Shown here: positions 30,393 to 40,094 of the stretch, one piece after another
Layout: the number at the start of each line of letters is the position of its first letter
Numbering within the stretch: the first letter of the stretch is position 1
Source: Thraustochytrium aureum
Lineage: Eukaryota
Direction of reading: 5' to 3'
Assembly: GCA_012862495.1 (NCBI GenBank)
Contig: BLSG01000106.1
Coordinates: 1 to 41,754, forward strand
DNA: 41,754 bases
Position numbers and translations under genes: made by a program
The notes under the pieces: model-generated
What the model was told of the DNA's origin: nothing
What the model saw: only the letters and a program-made list of their open reading frames with translations
Databases searched by the model: none

Positions 30393-31922
30393 ATGGAGCA
30401 GCTTCCACCGGAGCCGGCTGCTCCCACTGCGAGCCCAGCAACATCAAGGCGCAGGGAGCGGGGCGCAAGGAAGGAGCTGGGCTTCAGCCCGTCGAGCCCG
30501 ATCGCGCAAGAGGAACATGCAACAAAGTGCAAAGCAGGATCGCCGAGCTCTGTACGGGGTGCAGCCGAAGAAAGCGGCGGCGAGGGGAGCTTGGGCGACT
30601 GCGATGAGCCGGCCCAGGGCACGTTTCTCACGTCAGTGGATGGCGCGAGACGCGGCCCAACAACGCACGGGGCAGGGAGCAACCAGGAAGAGAGCGACGG
30701 CAGGTCCTGCGACGGGCAAGACGCCCAGCTTGCGCTGCGCGCCGAGTTGGAGCAGTACATGTCAGACATCCGCGGAAAAGTGGACCTCGGCGAGGACTTT
30801 GACGTTCTCGTCAAATCTCAGGAAGCCGCGTGGAAATCGCTTGCAAACGAGAGCGAAGCGGCAGCTGAGGAGAGCGACGCCGACCCTGAGCTTGCGCAAA
30901 AGATTGAGAAAGGCCGTCAGAGGATTCTGCGCCTCGACGAAAAGCTAGCCGCGCTCGAAGCAAAGGCCGCAGACGCCGTGCGTGGTCGTGGAAAAGGTGG
31001 AGGCCGCCCCCCTTCAAAGGCGAGCAGCGCGTTGGAACCCGACGCCCCATCGTCCCTGCGACTGCCAGAGCTAGGGTCGTCGAGGCCGGCCAGCTCGTGC
31101 AGCACGTCGAGCGCGAGGTCGTCGTCGAAACGGCAGCCCAGGCGTCGCAGCGGAGGGCGGCGCGGGCCGCGCTCCAAGGCTGGAGAAGCAGCGGGACGGA
31201 GCACCAATGAGAACGACGACGCATCAACGGTCGCTGGGGAAGAGAGCGATTTTATTTCTCGCAACATCGAGCTAGCGCCAGTGGCATTCGCGACGGCGCT
31301 TACGGCGAGCGAGCAGGCCCGAATCGAGCAGCTCCTGCTCGAGGACGCCGGCCCTGAACCAGGCTGCAGCGCCGAGGAGCGCCTCCTTGCGCTCGAAAAC
31401 GGCGCTGCACAGCAAGCTGTCGACGCCGCGGCTTCGGGCCGGATCGAAGCGTCGCTCCGCCTCCTGGTCGGCCCGAGCGAGTGGGAGACCAAGTCGCTGT
31501 ACTTTGACGCGGACGAGGCGCAAGGCGACGACTGCGGTGATTACGCCGGTGAATTCGGAGCCGTGTGTGGTGCGGACGGGGACGCTGCATTGTCTGTTGT
31601 TGGCCCGCTGCTCACGGAGCGATCCAGCTCACGCATGTCTATCTTCAGTGGCGCGACGGGAGTATCCTCAGCGTCAGCGCTTCGCGAGCTACAATCCAGT
31701 CGCGCAGACAAGGACAGGTTGCGGAGTATCGACGCAGCCCTGCAGAAGGTGCATGGCAGTGGCTCTGGGGTGGGCCACTCTCGAGCGTCGCAAGAGTGGA
31801 CGACAGAGTTGCGTTCCCTTATTGACGGGGCGCGCTCGTTCGTGGATTCTTCCATGAACGGGGCGCTGGCTGATCGAAGCGCAATCGAGTCTCTGGTCAG
31901 GAGCCTTGCAAGTGGTGGATAA
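30393..31922 (+). CDS. FSIP1-like (fibrous sheath-interacting protein 1) coiled-coil protein
   Basis: Motifs KIEKGRQRILRLDEKL, DFISRNIELA...LTASEQARIEQLL and RLRSIDAALQ recall the FSIP1 family pattern (DFIKRNIELA...EKKRL-ELL). Confidence 0.65.
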   Translation: MEQLPPEPAAPTASPATSRRRERGARKELGFSPSSPIAQEEHATKCKAGSPSSVRGAAEESGGEGSLGDCDEPAQGTFLTSVDGARRGPTTHGAGSNQEESDGRSCDGQDAQLALRAELEQYMSDIRGKVDLGEDFDVLVKSQEAAWKSLANESEAAAEESDADPELAQKIEKGRQRILRLDEKLAALEAKAADAVRGRGKGGGRPPSKASSALEPDAPSSLRLPELGSSRPASSCSTSSARSSSKRQPRRRSGGRRGPRSKAGEAAGRSTNENDDASTVAGEESDFISRNIELAPVAFATALTASEQARIEQLLLEDAGPEPGCSAEERLLALENGAAQQAVDAAASGRIEASLRLLVGPSEWETKSLYFDADEAQGDDCGDYAGEFGAVCGADGDAALSVVGPLLTERSSSRMSIFSGATGVSSASALRELQSSRADKDRLRSIDAALQKVHGSGSGVGHSRASQEWTTELRSLIDGARSFVDSSMNGALADRSAIESLVRSLASGG

Positions 31923-31979
31923 AAGCCATGCTTTGCAAGTGCAGAAACGTGCGTGGTTGGTTGGGCTACGAAAGCGGTG

Positions 31980-32119
31980 GAACGCGCAAGGCGCAGCTTT
32001 GATTCCTCGGGGATTCGAAAGCGCAAGACGCGGCCTCGGGGATTTGAAAGCGCAAGGCGCAGCTTTGATTCCTTGGGGATTTGAAAGCGCAAGGCGCAGC
32101 TTCGATTCCTTGGGGCTTT
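31980..32119. repeat. 37-bp minisatellite, about 4 copies (one internally deleted)
   Basis: GAAAGCGCAAGGCGCAGCTTTGATTCCTYGGGGATTY starting at 31980, 32017, 32046 and 32083. Confidence 0.85.
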
Positions 32120-32303
32120 GGCGTGGATTTTTAGGCGGAAGCTCAGCGAGCGCTGGGAGCGGCCTCTGGCTCATTGCCTGTTGCACTGGCTACTAGCGCT
32201 CAGCTCTTGAGATGTAGAGATGAAGAAAACCCAGGCTCAAGTTGTGTTTGTCAATATTTACGCTGCGCAAAGTCAGCACGACAAGTTCAATCAAAGGAGA
32301 GCG

Positions 32304-33557
32304 TCACAGGCGCAGGCGAGAAAAGGCCGTTAGCGCGGCGTGCGGCGAGATTGCCTCGCTAATCGCGTCGAGTTGCGCGCTGTAAACCCCGTTCATGGGA
32401 ACGTCGGCATGGTTGAAAACCTTGCAATTTTGGCCGGCCCGCTTGCAGAGCTTGTGGGCGCTCCGGAGGGCCGCGCTGCCCTGGCGTGCGTCACCAGGGG
32501 GCACGATGATGGTCGTCGCAGAAGCGACTGCCGCGGGAATCGCTGCAAAGTCCTCAACGGAGCGCGCCACCAACTGAGCCCCGTTGCGAGACCGAATAGC
32601 CCGCTCGGATTGAACACCGTCGACGGGGGCGCCGTCCACCGCGAGCGGGACGACGTTCGTGCCGCTGGCGTGACCCCAGCAGTCAAGGACGGAAGCGAGG
32701 CCAAGCTCGTCCACGCCATCGTAGAGAAGAACAAGAACGACGCGCTCGCGAAACAGCGAAGCAAAGGTGGTCTTTAGACGGCTGACGGCTCTGGAGCCCG
32801 CAGGGCGCATGAACCGCGCGAGCTTGCCGTCCTCATACGTGCGTCGATAGAGACCGAATTCGTCTGCAACGGCGTCACCAGGCGACCCAGGCCCGCTGGA
32901 GAAGTCGTCGCCGTCAGCAATGGGGTCCATGAGCGCATAAGTGGATTCCTCCCCATCGCTGAGACGATAGAGCAGGTCGAGCAGGTCGAGAGAAGCGTCG
33001 ACGTGCATCCTGCTGTCGAGGCGGTGAGCCGAATGCGTTCCGCTAGCATCCGACGTCGAGCTGCTTCGAGACGAGGCGCTTTCACGCGAGCTCCTGCGCT
33101 CCTTGCGCGCGCCGACCCGGGCGCGACTGCAGAGTATCGAAACGCGGTTTCCCTTGATGCAGACTACCATCGGCGGCGTGCCGGGAAAGGTCTTGAGCCA
33201 GCGGTCCACGCGGTTCTGGCTGATGCTGCCTGGCACCACGATGACGTCGACGTTTTCGCGTGGCGCTGTTGCAAAGGTGTACGTGGCGCGCACCCTGAGC
33301 TTGCTTCGGAGCGCGACTTGCGAGGTCGCGGCGACGACAGTGACGTCGCAGCGCTGTGAGAAGACCTGGAAGGGGGCAAGGAATCCCGCTGTGTCGGCAT
33401 GTGTGTTGCTCGGCAGCACCAAAACCACCTTCAGCCGACATCCACGGGCGCTCGCCCTCGAGAGCGACCGGAGCTTGCAGTTTAGCTTGCCGCGCACGGC
33501 GGGGTCGCTGACGAGTTCCTCCCCAACAGCGCCGCTTGGCGCGGCTGGCATCCCCAT
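32304..33557 (-). CDS. Protein with two degenerate DJ-1/PfpI (class I glutamine amidotransferase-like) domains
   Basis: Domain 1: KVVLVLPS...APFQVFS...LRVRATYTFATAPRENVDVIVVPG. Domain 2: VVLVLLYDGVDELGLASVLD...IRSRNGAQLV...TIIVPPG. Confidence 0.65.
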   Translation of the reverse strand: MGMPAAPSGAVGEELVSDPAVRGKLNCKLRSLSRASARGCRLKVVLVLPSNTHADTAGFLAPFQVFSQRCDVTVVAATSQVALRSKLRVRATYTFATAPRENVDVIVVPGSISQNRVDRWLKTFPGTPPMVVCIKGNRVSILCSRARVGARKERRSSRESASSRSSSTSDASGTHSAHRLDSRMHVDASLDLLDLLYRLSDGEESTYALMDPIADGDDFSSGPGSPGDAVADEFGLYRRTYEDGKLARFMRPAGSRAVSRLKTTFASLFRERVVLVLLYDGVDELGLASVLDCWGHASGTNVVPLAVDGAPVDGVQSERAIRSRNGAQLVARSVEDFAAIPAAVASATTIIVPPGDARQGSAALRSAHKLCKRAGQNCKVFNHADVPMNGVYSAQLDAISEAISPHAALTAFSRLRL

Positions 33558-34716
33558 TTTCTCTCACCTCGCAATCAGGTCAGCTTCGTGCGCGGTGCCA
33601 GAGCCAAACCTGCCGCCGAGGCTCTTCGTGCGGTCGAGCAGTTCACCTCGGGTTGTGGTCGATCGAGCAAAGGTCGGCAACGTTTGGGTACTGCCTTTCT
33701 TCTCATGCCAGAATGGAACACCCTGTGCGCGACGCTAATCATTCGGCAAGAGAGCCCGACCGCTGCTGCGAGTTGACCCGGACGAGTTGCAACAAGAGCG
33801 ACAATGCAGGCAGGGCAGCAGAGGCGGGTCCGTCGGCATCGGTCTCCAAACGCAACGACATGCAAACGTCCGCAGCGAAACCCGGAATTCAACGCCGAAT
33901 TCTGGCATGGTAACACCAGATGTGTCACACTCTCCTCCACACCCAACAGGCCTCGACAGGCGTCCCGGACGGAGCCTGCTCGAACAGCGAAGCGGCGATC
34001 GATGCGCATCGGAGGGTAATGTCGTCGGCCCGATGGCAAGGAGGCCGGAGCGGGTTTTCTCGATCGAGAGCCGAGCGGGTTGCCCGTCCGCGCGGCAAAA
34101 TCGTCGACTCGACCCGTCCGTCCGTCGTCGATCGCGTTTCCCTCCCGTTGCGCGCGAAAAGGGATGGTTGAGCGTGGACGAGACGGGCGTGTTTCACTCG
34201 ATTCACGCGTGCACGCACGCAGCGTGACGCTCTCGAGGCGAGCGAGGTGAGCGCTCTTGACGGTCGGTCGCTGCTGAACCCTGGTATTGTGGACGTCGAA
34301 CTGGAGACTCGCGGAGGACACACGTTTCGAGTCGATTGAGCCAGCAAAGCAAAGCGGTGGGTACTCCAGAAGCGAGCAGGGTTCATTGCGTGGGCTGTGG
34401 TGGGAAACGAATGTCGCTCGCCTGGGACGGTCGGCCTTCCAGGTCGTCTCTCGCGGCCTCGATCGCACAGACCAAGGCTGTTTCGACCGTCCATGTCGCA
34501 CAAATTTTGCGGTGATTGGTGACATCCATCTGGGTGGCCGATGGTGGGTTCGGTGAGAGGCCAGGCCGGCCGAGGCCGCGCGACGGCTGAGCGCCCGATG
34601 CGCCAGGTGCGCAGACAGCTCGCTCATTGGCGTTTCGGGCGGCGGGCACGGCGAGCAAGCTGGGAAGCGAGATTGCAGAAGCGTGTTCTTCTTTGCTTGT
34701 ACTTGTTCAAGGGGCT

Positions 34717-34780
34717 AAGGGCGCAGTCGGGTGCAGAGTGAGTGCGCGAAGGGCGCAGTCAGGTGCAGAGTGAGCGCGCG
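34717..34780. repeat. 32-bp tandem duplication downstream of VMP1
   Basis: AAGGGCGCAGTCRGGTGCAGAGTGAGYGCGCG in two adjacent copies. Confidence 0.8.
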
Positions 34781-34877
34781 AGCGCGCGAGCGCGCGCGTC
34801 CTATTCTCTCGCCCGCAAAAGGCCAAAGGACGCGGGGGCAAAGGAGCGAAACAAGCAGCGCGAGGCGGCACTAGGCC

Positions 34878-36066
34878 CTACTCGGTCTTGGACTTTGATG
34901 ACGAGCGAACCCCAGTCGCCTCAAAGCGCTCGACGATCTCGTCGTCAAAGGTCTTTTGACGTTGCTGCGCAAACTCGCAGATGCAGCTGTACACGAAAAA
35001 CAGGATCACGGAGAAGACCAGGCCCTCGCCAAGCTTCTTCGCGATCGACTCCTCGCCATCCTTGGTCTTGCCGTGCGCGACCTGGTCCAGCGCGTCCGTA
35101 AGCTTGGCCTCGACCTGGGCGGCGGTGATGGGGATTGCGTCGGGGAGGGCGTCAACAACAGCGACAGCAGCCTGGATGACCACCTCCGGGTTGCGAAACC
35201 AGTAGACGAAAAACGCGGCCTGGCCGGAGACCTTGATGCACGCCTTGCCGATCAGCGTGGCCAGGAAAAAGGTCCAAAACGAGACGTTGAGCTGGCCGCT
35301 AGCAGATACCGACAAGATCGAAAGCCGCGTTGGGCCACGCCGACATGACCAGAACGCCCCAAAACCCGTACTTTTCAACAAAGTCGATCATCCAGGCCTT
35401 CATCTTGCTGAGGACGTCGTTGCCCTCGGCCTCGCCGAGCAGCTCGGCGATCTCCTCGTCCTTCGTGCCGGCGAGCGCGGCAGCCCGGGACACGGCGTAG
35501 GGGGGGATCTCGCCCATCGCGGTGCCGGCGCCCCACAGAAACGCAGGAATGATGACATGCAGGAAAACGTTGAGGAACGGCGCGATCTCGCCAGGCTCGG
35601 GCTTGGGGCCAGTGCACTCCATGCTGCACTCCTGCCACCAAACGTCGCACATCGGGTCGAACTGCATCGAAGGGCATCGCTTCGAGGCGCTCACGACGCG
35701 AAACATGTGCGGGAACAGGAAGAGGATGCCGCTGTGCATGCCTGACCCGAGCCCGACACTGCTGAGGATGCCGAGGCCGATCCACCAGAGGCCGTACATG
35801 GCGGCCTCATCGATCTCGTCTACGAGGTGGTGCTCGGTCAGCCGCAGAAACCCGTACGTGGCTGCGAGGGGCAGCAGGATGCCCCAGAGGTAGGCTGAGC
35901 TGACCGCGGCCTTGACTGCATAGATCGAGTTGTCCACGACTACCTTGACGAACAGCACCGTCGTCGTGATCGGCGCGCGCAGGAGCGTAATCTTCTCCCG
36001 CGCGATAGCCAGCTCCTTCTTGAGCTCAATCACCTGCGCCTTGGTGGGCTTCTTTGTGTTTGCCAT
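34878..36066 (-). CDS. VMP1: Vacuole membrane protein 1 (VMP1/DedA-family scramblase); 1-bp insertion near 35300
   Basis: Motifs WWIGLGILSSVGLGSGMHSGILFLFPH, WGAGTAMGEIPPY, SAWPNAAFDLVGIC and FWTFFLATLIGKA. TGC TAG CGG becomes TGC TGC GGC (CCG) if one A is removed. Confidence 0.92.
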
Positions 36067-36724
36067 CGCGTCCGCCGCAGCCCGTGAAGCGCCTCGCCGT
36101 CCTCGTGCAGAGACACCGCAGCCTTCGGCCCACCTTGTCGCGATCCGCACGCTCGCGGACAAGTGGGTGCACCCTCCTGGCAGACCGACCGCCTCGCGCG
36201 AGTCGCCGCGTCCAGAAAGTGGGCAAGCCGCGTTCGTCCAGAATCACAGGCAGGCGGGCAGGCAGAATCGCAGGCAGAGCGTCTTTCCGCGGCGCAGCAG
36301 ATCGAGTGCCGATGCTCGATGCGGGCGCGACACAATCCCTGGCAGCGCGTACCTCCGCCCGTACGAAGCTTGTGCGCACTTTGGCGAGTGGCAGGAACAC
36401 TGTTCGAAGCGGGCGAGCGCGGCCCAGCGCGCAATTACGAAGCGATCGAGCGAATGGTACGTGGCCCGGCCCGCGTAATTGCGAAGTGAGCGCGCCTCGC
36501 GCACTCGGACTACCGCAGTCCCTTCGCGTGTTCGCGTTGGGGCTCTGCTCGCGCTGGTGTCCACCTGTCGCATCCCGTTCTGTTATTCTCCACACCGCAC
36601 TCTGACCGGGTCGATCATTCGCGTGGGGTGGTGTACAGGCACGAGAACACGCGGAGAATCTTCAGGAGGAGGAGGCTGTGGAGTTAAGGTGGGGCGGAGC
36701 CGTGAGCGTTGACCATGGATGTTT

Positions 36725-36849
36725 ATTGAGTTGATGGTAGTTTCCGTTGTTTGGGGGAAGAGACGCTGGCGACGGGAGTGGGCTGCGCGGAATTGAGTTG
36801 ATGGTCGTTTCCGTTGTTTGGGGGAAGAGACGCTGGCGACGGGAGTGGG
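36725..36849. repeat. 58-bp direct duplication, 67-bp period
   Basis: ATTGAGTTGATGGTMGTTTCCGTTGTTTGGGGGAAGAGACGCTGGCGACGGGAGTGGG at 36725 and 36792, one mismatch. Confidence 0.9.
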
Positions 36850-37359
36850 ACGGACGACCTTGCGAGCCACGTGGCCGTTCAATTGAAATCAATCAAACTC
36901 GGCTTGTGTTTGTACTCGAAGGTATGGACGGCCGGGCGGAGTCGTTGTCGGCTTCGACGCGGCGGTGGTTTGGCGGCTCGATGCTGCATCGCATTGCTCG
37001 GCCTGAAATCGGGCATGCGCAAGGGAGCAGAATGCAAGAAGCAACACCGTTCACCGAGCTCGTGCGGTCCCGGACGCAAGAAGAGTTGAGGTTTTCTCCA
37101 TCTCTCCATCTTGACAAGATCAAGATTGAAATTGAAATAGATTGACGTTCTGTACAAAGTTGTGAGTCGCTGGCGGACCTGGGACGCCGATACGACCTGC
37201 TGACTGCTGAACGAAGGTCGCTTGAAGAGTCTGTCGGTCGCGGCCTTGTTTTGCGTTGGGCTCGCTGGCTGTTTCGTCACATAGGGCCGCGTTGCAGCGC
37301 GTTGGTGCGCAGATGCAGCCCAAGCCAGAACTGCTTGCTCGTCGCAAGGACGCAGATGA

Positions 37360-39634
37360 CTACGAGGCACGCGAAATAACCCGCGCCGCCACAAAGGTCA
37401 TGAAGCGCGAGCGGTACGCGGCGGGGTCGATGCTTGAGATGTTGGCGTCCGCGTCCTGGAGCGGAGCAACTTCGAACGGGTGGTGGCAGGCTTTGCAGTA
37501 CAGGAAAATAATGCGCGATGGCGAGTGCTCGGCGAGCGCGACGAGCTCGGCGCGGTCCTCCGTCCAGGCATGCGCGCACTGCGGACACGCAAGCTGCAAC
37601 TCTTTGGAAGGCGATCCAACGTACGAGGCCACAGTGCCAAGGAGGCTCACCTTGACGAATCGCTCGGCCGCCTGGCGAGGTCGTACTCTTGCAGGACGTC
37701 GATGAGCGACACAAAGTACACAGAGCCCGAGGCGCGGCAGCGTAGGCCCCCAAAGTCCCGGTGGAAGCGGCTCCGGCGTACGGCGGCGACCCCCTCGCGG
37801 CTCCCGGGGTCGACAGGCTCGAGGTGGACGCCCACGAGCAGCGAATAGTCCATCACGTTGTGGTCCGCGAGAAAGGCCGTGTCAGCGTCAACGGTGCCCC
37901 TCCAACTCCGCGGCCAGCGCGCAGTCAAGCCCGATGGTAGCTTTCCAATTGAGGTCTTTCAACGTGGGGAGCCGGCCAGTCTGCTCGAGGCTCTGCTTTT
38001 GCTCGGCGGGGCTTACGAACCGATTGGCGGTGCTGCCTTTCAAGTCATAGACCACGTCCACTGTGAGCGGCGTGTCGAACGCGTTGCCTGTCACGAAGAA
38101 GTACTTGCGCGCGCCGCGGATCGCCACCTTGTACAGGCCAAACACACGAGGCAGCAGCGTGTCTGGGTGCCGCACGCAGTGGTCGAACCAGTCGGGCAGC
38201 ATCTCCAGGAGCGCGTGGGCCTCTCGCTTGGTCAGGCTCTTGACCACGAAGTGCTTGTCCTTGCTGTACAGGAAAACGGCGCCCGATCGGCCGCCGCCCG
38301 CGTTGCGCACGCGAAACTCGTGGTCGAGCAGGCTTTCCGCAAACGTGTCTTCGCTGACGCCAAACAGGGCACGCAGCCTCTTCATCGCCTCGGGAGCGTA
38401 CACTGTGAGGAGGCCGTTTTGTACACGCTGCGGCATAGCCGCGGAGTCAGCGCTCTCCTCGCCCGCTCGGAAGGCGGCTGGAGCCGCCAAGTCGGGCCGG
38501 CATCGCCGGTCCTTGGCGAGAAAGTCTTGCAAACTCGGCTTGAACGTCGAGGGTGGCGCGCAGCTTTCGCCGGGGTCGAGGATGGCGCGAGAAATCGCGT
38601 CCCGGACCAGCTCGGCCAGCTCGCGGTCCAAGGCCCAGTCGCTCTGAAACACGAGCCCGTGCAATTTGGAGAGCGAGCCGGAGAGCGAGCCGGAGAGCGC
38701 GCTTGACAGGCCAGCCGCCAAGTTGAGCGCAAGACTCGAGTCGGCCTGGCGGCTCTGGCGGCTGGCCGTGTTGGCAAACGTGCACTTTGTGCACACCCAC
38801 GCGCCCTCGCCGCCGCCTTGCTGCTCGGGAGCGCCGCTAGGTGGGACCTCACCGCTTTGGCCTGGCCCCGGGGCCTCCGCATTCGGCGGCGTGCTTGGGC
38901 GTATTGCTGCTTGGGCGGCGTGGGGGTCCACAAGGTCGACATTCGAGCAGACGAGGCACATGACGCGCTCGCGCTCGCACTTGCCGCTCGCCGGCAGGAC
39001 GCCAAACCGGCGGCCAAACCTGTACGTCTCCGCCGCGCCGACGTGGACGATGGGGTAAAGCACGTAGGGGACGCGGTGGACGATGTCGTTATCGACGAGC
39101 TCGTGCTGCAGGATGAGCGCGGCGTCCTCGGCGTCTAGCGCCAGCCCAGCCCGCACGAACTCCTCGGCAAACTCTGCCAAAGTGAAGCCAAACTTGGCGC
39201 TCGTCTTGCCGGCCTTTAGCGCGAGCGCGNNNNNNNNNNNNNNNNNNNNNNNNNNNNNNNNNNNNNNNNNNNNNNNNNNNNNNNNNNNNNNNNNNNNNNN
39301 NNNNNNNNNNNNNNNNNNNNNNNNNNNNNNNNNNNNNNNNNNNNNNNNNNNNNNNNNNNNNNNNNNNNNNNNNNNNNNNNNNNNNNNNNNNNNNNNNNNN
39401 NNNNNNNNNNNNNNNNNNNNNNNNNNNNNNNNNNNNNNNNNNNNNNNNNNNNNNNNNNNNNNNNNNNNNNNNNNNNNNNNNNNGTGCAGGCGGGGCGGCC
39501 GCCGTCGAGTCTGCGGCGAACGTTCCGCCGACTCTGACGACCTCGACCACCGTGCGCACCTCTCCGCACGCCTCGCAGTCCTGCCGGCTTTGGGCATTGT
39601 CCAGCGTGCAGCGCTCGCAGCGCCACAGCGCCAT
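37360..39634 (-). CDS. Phosphatidylinositol-phosphate kinase (PIP5K family) with RanBP2-type zinc fingers and a DEP-like domain; spans a gap and two frameshifts
   Basis: WRCERCTLDN...CEACG, WVCTKCTFAN, GRSGAVFLYSKDKHFVVKS, TLLPRVFGLY, YDLKGS, TLKDLN, MDYSLLVGVH, IDVLQEY and ISSIDPAAYRSRFMTF. Frameshifts near 37897 and 37672. Confidence 0.9.
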
Positions 39635-39701
39635 CGCGGCTCCCGCGCCCGACGCCGAGGAGGAGGAGGAGTCCGCTCACCGAATGTGACGAGTCCGATG
39701 G

Positions 39702-39993
39702 GGTCTTTGGCGACGTTCGGCGGTCTTCGAAGGTCTTTGACGGTCTTCGACGGTCTTTGGCGACGTTCGACGTTCGACGGTCTCCTTTGACGGTCTCCTT
39801 TGACGGTCTTCGACGGCCTCCTTTGACGGCCTCCTTTGACGGTCTCTGGCCTGAGTAGTTCGGTCTTTGACGAATGGTCTTGCGTGACGGACGGTCTCTT
39901 TGCCAGACGGTCTTCTTCACTCGTCATTGACGGACGGACGGTCTTGTTCGACCGTCATTGACGGACGGACGGTCTTGTTCGACCGTGTTTGAC
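39702..39993. repeat. Degenerate GACGGTC-based minisatellite ending in a 31-bp duplication
   Basis: Repeated GACGGTCT(CC)TTT / GACGGTCTTC units, then CGTCATTGACGGACGGACGGTCTTGTTCGAC twice at about 39923-39984. Confidence 0.85.
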
Positions 39994-40094
39994 TCGGCGT
40001 TGACGCGCGGTGGCTCGCGGGGGCTAGGCGGAAGCAATTCGGATCTTTAAAATTAAATGAATCTCGTCGAGGATGGCGGACTGCGGTGGCGCAT

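Noticed and set aside
29170..30948. 592-aa plus-strand ORF
   Set aside because: Non-ATG start, R/A/S-rich, overlaps two better-supported genes; a GC-rich shadow ORF.
31980..32119. 37-bp repeats of CRISPR-like length
   Set aside because: Head-to-tail with no spacers; an ordinary minisatellite.
33575..34627. 350-aa minus-strand ORF
   Set aside because: Low-complexity R/S/P composition with no recognisable motif; probably intergenic or UTR, though a small gene cannot be excluded.
35299..35301. In-frame TAG in VMP1 suggesting stop-codon reassignment or readthrough
   Set aside because: Downstream homology is in another frame, so it is a 1-bp insertion. TAG serves as a normal stop elsewhere, for example in ETFRF1.
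39635..39927. Repetitive N-terminal extension of PIP5K (RRPSKTVKG repeats)
   Set aside because: Translation of the intergenic minisatellite in a different frame from the zinc-finger ATG at 39634.
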